From IMG/VR virus record IMGVR_UViG_3300043177_000122, positions 64,001 through 128,000 of that record: a stretch of DNA of 64,000 nucleotides; one strand, given 5' to 3'. A program made the translations under genes and the position numbers. This document shows, piece by piece, positions 57,324-64,000 of this stretch. Source of the stretch: a virus. Lineage: Duplodnaviria > Caudoviricetes. Below the pieces are notes generated by a model. It saw nothing but the letters and a program-made list of their open reading frames with translations, had not been told where the DNA came from and ran no database searches. Numbering within the stretch: the stretch's first letter is position 1; every line of letters begins with the position of its first letter.

Positions 57324-58040
57324 ATGAACAAATACATGTTTGAGAGTGATTACAGTGGAGATTCTCTACGATGGCTTACAAAAATAACTGATACGAATCT
57401 TCATCTTAATGAATATCAAAAGCTTGAAGATTTTCAAAACGAAATCATCAAGAATAAAGATTCAGCGCTAGCGTATTTTTTTGCTGCAGAGTTTGGTAAA
57501 TATAAACCGCATAGAATGCAGCAAGTAATTCTGGATAAAAAAGATCCTAAATATGCTTTTGCATTTGCGCAGTCAATACCAAATGCAGATATTAAAGCGC
57601 TACAAAATGTGGTAGTAGAGTCTAAGAAAATTAAGTATGTTACTAAATTTGCTTGTTTTATCAAAGCTGCTGATAGAAAGTTATTAGAAGACTTGATTAT
57701 CAAATCAAAAAATGTCAAGTATGCTCACATGTATCTTAAACATGTAAAAGGTGCTGATGTTAAAAAGTTCAAGCAAATTATTCTAAGTTCAGGAAAACCC
57801 AGATATCTATTCGAATTAGCAAAACATCTTACATCAGATTCTGAGCTTGAAATGGTGGAAGATTTGATTATCGCTTCACAATCATTTACATATATGAGAT
57901 TGTTTGCTGAGAAAATAAAAAAAGCTAACGTTGATAAAATTGAACAAGCGGTACTAGCAACTGACAATGGGCCTGAGATTAAGAAATTTGCCAAATATGT
58001 TCGTAAGTCTAAGATGAAACAATTCTTATTGGTAATGTAA
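57324..58040 (+). CDS. 28-aa tandem-repeat helical protein; C-terminal KMKQFLLVM motif
   Basis: At least five repeats of KY...FA..I..AD...L...I..SK. Confidence 0.65.
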   Translation: MNKYMFESDYSGDSLRWLTKITDTNLHLNEYQKLEDFQNEIIKNKDSALAYFFAAEFGKYKPHRMQQVILDKKDPKYAFAFAQSIPNADIKALQNVVVESKKIKYVTKFACFIKAADRKLLEDLIIKSKNVKYAHMYLKHVKGADVKKFKQIILSSGKPRYLFELAKHLTSDSELEMVEDLIIASQSFTYMRLFAEKIKKANVDKIEQAVLATDNGPEIKKFAKYVRKSKMKQFLLVM

Positions 58041-58070
58041 GATGGATTCTCCCAAATATAATAGGACGTA

Positions 58071-58292
58071 TCATTTCCCGTTTTCACCGGGGGCGACAAA
58101 TGACGACAAGATAGCTACGTCAATGGATGCCCTACATTTCTTTATTTCCTTATTAGATTTTAGGAAGATTGAGGCGCATTTGCGTCCGCAAAACTTTTGA
58201 TTTTCGTCTCGTTTGCGTTTGATGGAAAAGTGATTATAACAGTTTAAACAGGACTTGTCGGATGTTTTTGGATAGTTTATAACTCTATTCAA
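58071..58292 (-). pseudogene. Zn-finger remnant of a homing-endonuclease-type gene
   Basis: CLNC..F.......KFCGRKC with no catalytic domain. Confidence 0.35.
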
Positions 58293-58339
58293 AGTTATTG
58301 ATAGACTAAATCACATTTATTATAAAGGTCATTGGAAAC

Positions 58340-58561
58340 ATGAAAATTACAACTGAAGCTGAGAAAGAATGTCGGCGATATCTTAAGAAACGCGGATATA
58401 GAGGTCGTAATAATTTTGATATCAAAATTATTGCTGGTAACAAACCGCCTCACTTAGTCGGAGATAGTTGGCATTACGAAACACGTGGTGGAAGATGGAT
58501 TAAATATCCATCAGCTTACTCCAAGTCTGGTTGGAGTAATATGGTTTATTGCAATATTTAG
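58340..58561 (+). CDS. Basic hypothetical protein (possibly frameshifted, continuing to 58641)
   Basis: GGA RBS; a second frame continues after 58560. Confidence 0.4.
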   Translation: MKITTEAEKECRRYLKKRGYRGRNNFDIKIIAGNKPPHLVGDSWHYETRGGRWIKYPSAYSKSGWSNMVYCNI

Positions 58562-58649
58562 TTATCTGTTCTGCTAATCACGTACAAATTTCAGAACATT
58601 GGAAAGACCAGGAAATCATTAGGAATAAATTGAAAACCTAATGCGGTGC

Positions 58650-58678
58650 TTGACTCCTCGTGGCACAATCCTTATTAT
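58650..58678 (+). promoter_or_regulatory. sigma70-like promoter
   Basis: gcggtgc-TTGACT-N17-TATTAT. Confidence 0.55.
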
Positions 58679-58728
58679 GTGAATATTAAGATATCAAATG
58701 TACGAGGGGAACTAACAAGGAAAAACAT

Positions 58729-58992
58729 ATGGGTTTACGTAGATTTCATTTCGAAAGAACTGAAGATGCGTCCGGTGTAAGTGGTTGTGGACGAGTAGCG
58801 GAAGGTTGTCTGTTTACGGACACAGGCGAAGCAGTAGTTCATTGGTTAGGAAGCCACGGCAGCATTAACGTTTATCACTCAATTGATGACATCATTTATG
58901 TTCACGGACATGAAGGTCGTACTAGAATCGTATTTGATGATCCTCAGCCTACTAATGAAGCTAAGGAAGAGTTAAAGAAGGATGGAAACTAA
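58729..58992 (+). CDS. Phage-type hypothetical protein
   Basis: R.ED.SGVSG.G.VAEG..F, VHGHEG.T.IV. Confidence 0.6.
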   Translation: MGLRRFHFERTEDASGVSGCGRVAEGCLFTDTGEAVVHWLGSHGSINVYHSIDDIIYVHGHEGRTRIVFDDPQPTNEAKEELKKDGN

Positions 58993-60193
58993 GCGTACCA
59001 TATTTATTGGTGATATTCACGGGTGTATTGAAGAGTTCAATGAACTTTTAGACAAAGTCTCCTACAGCCCTAGTGAAGACCGAGTTATTTTACTTGGAGA
59101 CTTGATTGACCGAGGACCAGACTCCGTGGGTGTCGTGCGTAGAGCACGAGAACTAAAACTTGAATGTGTAATGGGAAACCATGAACACAAATTTATCAAG
59201 TGGTTCCGCTCGCAAGGCACCCGCGTTGGCGTCTATGATCGACGGGATTTTTATTCTCAATTATCAGATCAAGATGTAACATATATTCAAGACATGCCGC
59301 TCTACATTGAGCTGCCAGATGTTATTGCCGTTCATGCCGGGCTCAAACCCGGTATTTCCTTATCTAATCAAACAAAAGATGATCTGATGTATTTGAGATA
59401 CACTGATTCAGATAGAAAATTTATTAGCTTGAAAAAAATTAACAAGCTAGGTAAGGAAGCAACTGGGGCGAAATTCTGGACAGAGTTTTGGCAAGGTCCA
59501 AAAAGCGTTGTGTATGGTCATAACGTTCCCTCTTATGAAGACCCGCTAATCGAAGAGGCGGCGCCCGGTATATTTTGTTACGGCATTGACACCGGCTGTT
59601 GTTTCGGCGGAAGACTTTCGGCATTAATTTGGGAAACTAAAGAAATAATACAAGTGCAAGCTAAGCAGGTATACTATCAGTCAAATTTTGAATCAAATAG
59701 GCAAGGAGAGAAAAAACTATTTAATGTATCTCATGTTAGTAAGGCAGGATCTGTCAAGCGACTATTGAAAGAAATAGAAAAATGTGATTTGGTCTGTTCT
59801 AATTGTCATAGGATTAGAACACATAGTCGTAAGGAACAAAAAATGAATTACTCCCAAAATCAACTAAAGCAATTAGCACAGAATAATCCACGAGAATTAA
59901 CACGAATTTTAACCAGCCCCAATGCCGACACCCACACGTTGACATTTGGGGCTGAACTTTTAGGTGATGTTACTGATGAGCGGTTGGTACTTCCAACTCT
60001 TAGGATGCTTCTCAAACATGTTAATGCGGTTGTACGAGAAGGAGCTATGATGGGATTATCTTCGTTCTATATGGAACGAAAGCCGCCACAGGACGTTTTA
60101 GAGAAACTTCGGTTAATGTCTAAAAGCGACCCATCACCTAGCAACAAAGAATTTGCGGAAACTCTATTGAGGGATTTTGAGGTGCTTCCATGA
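58982..60193 (+). CDS. PPP/ApaH-like metallophosphatase read through into an HNH remnant and a HEAT-like ORF
   Basis: GDIHG, GDLIDRGP, GNHE, HAG, IDTGC.FGG.LS (to about 59690); EIEKCDLVCSNCHR; internal AAGGA+ATG at 59843. Confidence 0.8.
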   Translation: METKRTIFIGDIHGCIEEFNELLDKVSYSPSEDRVILLGDLIDRGPDSVGVVRRARELKLECVMGNHEHKFIKWFRSQGTRVGVYDRRDFYSQLSDQDVTYIQDMPLYIELPDVIAVHAGLKPGISLSNQTKDDLMYLRYTDSDRKFISLKKINKLGKEATGAKFWTEFWQGPKSVVYGHNVPSYEDPLIEEAAPGIFCYGIDTGCCFGGRLSALIWETKEIIQVQAKQVYYQSNFESNRQGEKKLFNVSHVSKAGSVKRLLKEIEKCDLVCSNCHRIRTHSRKEQKMNYSQNQLKQLAQNNPRELTRILTSPNADTHTLTFGAELLGDVTDERLVLPTLRMLLKHVNAVVREGAMMGLSSFYMERKPPQDVLEKLRLMSKSDPSPSNKEFAETLLRDFEVLP

Positions 60194-60705
60194 AAGAGAA
60201 AAAGGCTGATTTGTTTGAGATGATTTACGAAGATGGCGTCGATGCTATCTGTATCACCACTAATGGTATGTATTTGACTGATGGTCGAGCTGCTATGGGT
60301 GGTGGATGCGCTGGAGTATGTGCCAAGCGCTGGCCCGAGACTGCTATGCGATTGGGCAAGTGTTTGAAAAATTTCCTAACCAATGTTCCATTTGTTATTG
60401 GGGCTCTAGATGAGAAAGGCGATTATATTGAGCCAACTCTCAAAATGATCAAAGAAAAGAAATTCAAAACCCTTATCTTTAGTTACCCCACTATTGATGA
60501 TTTAATGAGCGGAGCCAAGATTGATTTAATTAAAAAATCTGCACAAGAGTTAAAAATTCTGGTGGATCGTTTTGGGCTTAAAGGGGTTGTAGTGCCGCGA
60601 CCAGGTGTTGGTATTGGTGGCCTATCATGGGGTGATGTTAAAGCCGTAATTGAACCTTATATGGATGATAGGTTTACTGTTGTCTCATTTGATCATGAGG
60701 AATAA
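60190..60705 (+). CDS. Macrodomain (DarG/TARG1-like)
   Basis: DLF, CITTNG, AMGGG.A, YPT, VPRPGVGIGGLSW..V. Confidence 0.72.
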   Translation: MKEKKADLFEMIYEDGVDAICITTNGMYLTDGRAAMGGGCAGVCAKRWPETAMRLGKCLKNFLTNVPFVIGALDEKGDYIEPTLKMIKEKKFKTLIFSYPTIDDLMSGAKIDLIKKSAQELKILVDRFGLKGVVVPRPGVGIGGLSWGDVKAVIEPYMDDRFTVVSFDHEE

Positions 60706-60706
60706 G

Positions 60707-60952
60707 ATGACCAAATCTATAACTAAATATAGAGTTCGCATTTCTTTTGTTGATGATTCATATTGGGATGACGGGTCCAGATGGGCCAGTGAAACATTCA
60801 AATTTAATAAACGGCAGGAAGCTATTAATTTTGCAAATAATGCTATTGCTAAAGGCATCGTAGTTGACGGTCAAAGCGGCAAAGTAGATGTTAGGTCAGA
60901 TAAAAGAGATGTTACCATCTTTAAAGACACTTCCTCAGAAATCGATTTCTGA
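60707..60952 (+). CDS. Hypothetical protein
   Basis: GAGG RBS. Confidence 0.45.
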   Translation: MTKSITKYRVRISFVDDSYWDDGSRWASETFKFNKRQEAINFANNAIAKGIVVDGQSGKVDVRSDKRDVTIFKDTSSEIDF

Positions 60953-60967
60953 GATATATAAAGTAGC

Positions 60968-61123
60968 ATGAAACTACTTAAGTGCAAAATTTGTATGGGC
61001 GAGGTTGATCTAATCAACAACGATCACTCTGTTAATCGAAAAGTAAAATGCCGCAAATGTGACTTTACTAACGAAAACAAAGGACCAGAAATTGTTGTAA
61101 TTAGAAAGCGTCCCGTTCTATAA
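60968..61123 (+). CDS. 51-aa Zn-ribbon protein (not in the ORF track)
   Basis: MKLLKCKICMG...VKCRKCDF. Confidence 0.45.
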   Translation: MKLLKCKICMGEVDLINNDHSVNRKVKCRKCDFTNENKGPEIVVIRKRPVL

Positions 61124-62054
61124 TTAATTTTTTATTGTGGCGATACCAATCAATAGTACGGATTATGCCAGTTCTCAAATTGGTTTCCGCGTTCCAATCT
61201 AGCATCTCTTTAGCGCGAGTGATATCTAACATTCTCTTAGGCTGACCATCTGATACGCTGCCATTGAAAACAATTTCTCCAGTAAATCCGGTTAGCTCTT
61301 TAATTAGGTAAGCTAAATCCCTAATAGAAATATCTGTACCCGTGCCAAGGTTAATTGGTAAGTCTGTATCTAATCCCATCACTATAGCTTTGACAATGGC
61401 GTTAGCCGCATCTCCAGCATAAAGAAATTCTCTAGTTGCCTCACCTGTACCCCAACATTCAACGGTTGAAGACTTGGTTTCAATAGCCGCTTCAAACTTG
61501 CGAATTAAGGCGGGAATAACATGGCTATTAATAAGATTGAAATGATCATGCTCGCCATATAAATTAACTGGTATCAAATGTGCACCACCAATATTATATT
61601 GCTGTCTGTATGTCTGTCCTAACATTAAAAGAGTGCGCTTAGCTATTCCATATGGAGCATTAGTTTCCTCTGGATATCCATTCCATAAATCATCCTCTTT
61701 AAATGGAACAGAGCAAAATTTAGGATATGCGCATACACTTCCTAAAGTATATATTTTTGTACATCCTGCTTGACGGGCAGCTTCAAATAGGTTACTAGCC
61801 ATTTCTATATTTTTTTGCAAAAAATCGGCGGGACTATTTTTATTAGCCAAGATGCCGCCACAAACAGCAGCCATATGCAGAATTATATCTGGTTTTTGTG
61901 CTACAACCATTCTAATTGCAAATTCTCGATCTAGGAGGTTCAAACCTTTACTAGATGGGCGTATCAAATCTAATTGGTTAAAACTAAATTCGGTAAAACG
62001 TTTTGCAACATGCTTACCAAGAAAGCCTGTGCCGCCAGTAATCAAAAGTTTCAT
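61101..62054 (-). CDS. fcl: GDP-L-fucose synthase (GDP-4-keto-6-deoxymannose epimerase/reductase)
   Basis: TGGTGFLG, AAVCGGI.AN, GSVCAYPK, YGIAK, PVNLYG, SHVIPALI, WG.G...REFL, DGQP.R. Confidence 0.9.
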   Translation of the reverse strand: MKLLITGGTGFLGKHVAKRFTEFSFNQLDLIRPSSKGLNLLDREFAIRMVVAQKPDIILHMAAVCGGILANKNSPADFLQKNIEMASNLFEAARQAGCTKIYTLGSVCAYPKFCSVPFKEDDLWNGYPEETNAPYGIAKRTLLMLGQTYRQQYNIGGAHLIPVNLYGEHDHFNLINSHVIPALIRKFEAAIETKSSTVECWGTGEATREFLYAGDAANAIVKAIVMGLDTDLPINLGTGTDISIRDLAYLIKELTGFTGEIVFNGSVSDGQPKRMLDITRAKEMLDWNAETNLRTGIIRTIDWYRHNKKLIIERDAF

Positions 62055-63058
62055 TTGTGATGGTCCTTAATAGTTTTTTCTCTACGTGCTAATTCTAAAT
62101 CAGAATCAACCATTTCTTGAACTAGATCCATAAAACTATAGCTAGGAGACCAGCCAAGCCGAGTCCTTAGTTTAGTAGAATCGCCACATAATGCGTCTAC
62201 CTCTGATGGCCTTAGATATTTAGCATCGAACTCAATATATTGTGAGTAGTCTAAACCTAGTATTCCAAAAACCATTTTAGCGAACTCTAATACTGAGTAC
62301 ATCTCACCGGAGGCCACTACGTAATCGTCTGGCTGTGGTGCTGTAATAATCTTATACATTGCATCAGCTACATCGGCGGCATGGGACCAGTCACGTCTTG
62401 CGTCCAAATTTCCTAAATAAAGCTTGTCTTGCAAACCCAATTTGATTCGGGTCGCAGCTCTAGTAATTTTACGAGTAACAAACGTTTCTCCACGTCTTGG
62501 GCTTTCGTGATTGAAAGAAATGGCATTACAAGCATGTAGACCATAAGCCTCGCGATAATTTACAGTTGCATAATATCCTGCAACTTTAGCTACACCATAA
62601 GGACTGCGAGGATGAAATGGCGTTTGTTCATTTTGTGGTGGCGGGTGTGAGCCAAACATTTCTGAACTAGATGCAGTGAGAAATCTAGTTTGTGGACTGT
62701 TTTTACGGATAGCTTCTAATACTCGCATTACTCCAGTTCCTGTAATATCCATAGTATACTCTGGAATATCAAAGCTAACTCGAACATGACTTTGCGCAGC
62801 CATGTTAAAAAATAAATCTGGTTTAATATCGCCAATCCAATTAGCTAGAGACGAATAATCAGATAAATCGCCGTAGACCATCTCTAGCTTTCCACTATCG
62901 ATATGTGGATCTACATAAACGTGATCAATACGTTCTGTATTTAATGAGCTACTACGGCGCTTAAGTCCATATACTTTATATCCTTTTGATAATAGCAAAT
63001 CACATAAGTATGAACCTGTTTGACCTGTAATGCCAGTAATGCATGCTGTATCTGTCAT
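62051..63058 (-). CDS. gmd: GDP-mannose 4,6-dehydratase
   Basis: GITGQTG.YL, AQSHV.VSF, ASSSEMFG, PRSPYG.AK, FNHESPRRG.TFVTRKI, RDW.HA.D. Confidence 0.95.
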   Translation of the reverse strand: MTDTACITGITGQTGSYLCDLLLSKGYKVYGLKRRSSSLNTERIDHVYVDPHIDSGKLEMVYGDLSDYSSLANWIGDIKPDLFFNMAAQSHVRVSFDIPEYTMDITGTGVMRVLEAIRKNSPQTRFLTASSSEMFGSHPPPQNEQTPFHPRSPYGVAKVAGYYATVNYREAYGLHACNAISFNHESPRRGETFVTRKITRAATRIKLGLQDKLYLGNLDARRDWSHAADVADAMYKIITAPQPDDYVVASGEMYSVLEFAKMVFGILGLDYSQYIEFDAKYLRPSEVDALCGDSTKLRTRLGWSPSYSFMDLVQEMVDSDLELARREKTIKDHHK

Positions 63059-63738
63059 TAACTTATCCTTACCGCAAAAGCGACACCCGGTTTATTTTCT
63101 CTATAAGAAATGTATCTGAAGTTAGGGAATGTTTTAACTAGAGCATCCCAAACTCCTTGCAGACCTTCGCAATCAATTATATCATCAAAGACCATTACAC
63201 CGCCAACATTAATATGTGGCATAGTATCCATTAAGTCTTGATAGGCTCCGTCTACTGTATGATCTCCATCCACCAAGATCATATCAAACATTTTGTCTGG
63301 GAATTGATTAAAAAATGTTGACAGTGTTACATGAGAATCGCCGCTTATAAAATTAATTGGTTTTTTGTAGCCAAATTTTGCCAACTCAGATTGTACAAAA
63401 GATGGTCCAGGGTTAGCTGAACCGCCATAATTTTCATGCCATTCATCAAATGCATAAACTTCGCACTCAGGTGATGCTATAATAACTGATGCAGTAGACC
63501 ACCCCCTACGAACGCCTACTTCAAGAAAACTTTCAGGCATGATTTGTCGAGCCAGAAATGTCATAAAGGTTCTAGTTTCTGGCTTTCCATTTTTAATCAA
63601 ATCAAGTGTGTGTGGTCCATAAACAGTATCTGTTTTAATCATATCTTCTAATAAAAGAGTGTTTTTAATATTCTCGGCTGACTTAATAGCATTTAATATT
63701 TGCTCTTCTGGTAATACAGATAAATTATGAACTCTCAT
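63058..63738 (-). CDS. Class I SAM methyltransferase (Methyltransf_24-like)
   Basis: LEVGVRRGWS, GDSH, DMILVDGDH, GGVMVFDD. Confidence 0.72.
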   Translation of the reverse strand: MRVHNLSVLPEEQILNAIKSAENIKNTLLLEDMIKTDTVYGPHTLDLIKNGKPETRTFMTFLARQIMPESFLEVGVRRGWSTASVIIASPECEVYAFDEWHENYGGSANPGPSFVQSELAKFGYKKPINFISGDSHVTLSTFFNQFPDKMFDMILVDGDHTVDGAYQDLMDTMPHINVGGVMVFDDIIDCEGLQGVWDALVKTFPNFRYISYRENKPGVAFAVRIS

Positions 63739-64000
63739 GGGCTAAATACTCCGTTAATATATTCATTGGCAGCATTAATGATATATGTTTGCTCTTCGGA
63801 TGTTAATTCTGGAAAGCTCGGTAAAATAAAACATTCTTTGTTTAGAAGGTCGGCTACTGTACAAACCGTACCACCATCAACATTTGGGTTCTCTGCCAAG
63901 TGGCTATGGTTATATATAGAATAGAACATTGGTCTAATTTCTATTCCACGGGCGGCAAAGAAACTTTCCGCATCTGAATATGCATTTTGTCCAATGACAC
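63735..64000 (-). CDS. DegT/DnrJ/EryC1/StrS sugar aminotransferase, C-terminal part (gene starts beyond window)
   Basis: Open from the window edge: ...ARGIEIRPMFY...H.........LPSFPELT.EEQ.YI. Confidence 0.7.
   Translation of the reverse strand, partial: VIGQNAYSDAESFFAARGIEIRPMFYSIYNHSHLAENPNVDGGTVCTVADLLNKECFILPSFPELTSEEQTYIINAANEYINGVFSP

Overview
A 64-kb segment of an AT-rich jumbo (huge) dsDNA tailed-phage genome, almost all on the + strand, read with the standard code (Shine-Dalgarno motifs, sigma70-like promoters, ATGA gene overlaps, rIIA/rIIB, tRNAs with encoded CCA). It is an accessory/host-takeover region with no capsid, terminase or polymerase genes. It carries: a translation and RNA-repair arsenal (single-chain mitochondrial-type PheRS, TrpRS, TyrRS, Pth2, RelA/SpoT-type HD hydrolase, RlmN-like radical SAM enzyme, Rnl1-type RNA ligase, PseT-like PNKP, RlaP-like nucleotidyltransferase, Thg1 pseudogene, 13 tRNAs grouped by amino acid); an ADP-ribosylation module (WGR-PARP plus two macrodomains); DNA repair genes (intein-split UvrD, NAD+ ligase, DenV-like); two MoxR-like ATPases with a peptidase-vWA partner; PurA, two IscA, thioredoxin, Hsp20; a GDP-deoxysugar locus; and about ten homing endonucleases, many of them broken. 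Best leads: (i) an identically spaced C-terminal 9-mer on five unrelated orphan proteins, (ii) the organelle-type monomeric PheRS and the aromatic-only aaRS set, (iii) a phage PARP writer/eraser set, (iv) pseudogenisation confined to accessory genes, (v) hairpins that sequester homing-endonuclease start sites. All family calls are motif recognition by eye; no database search was run.
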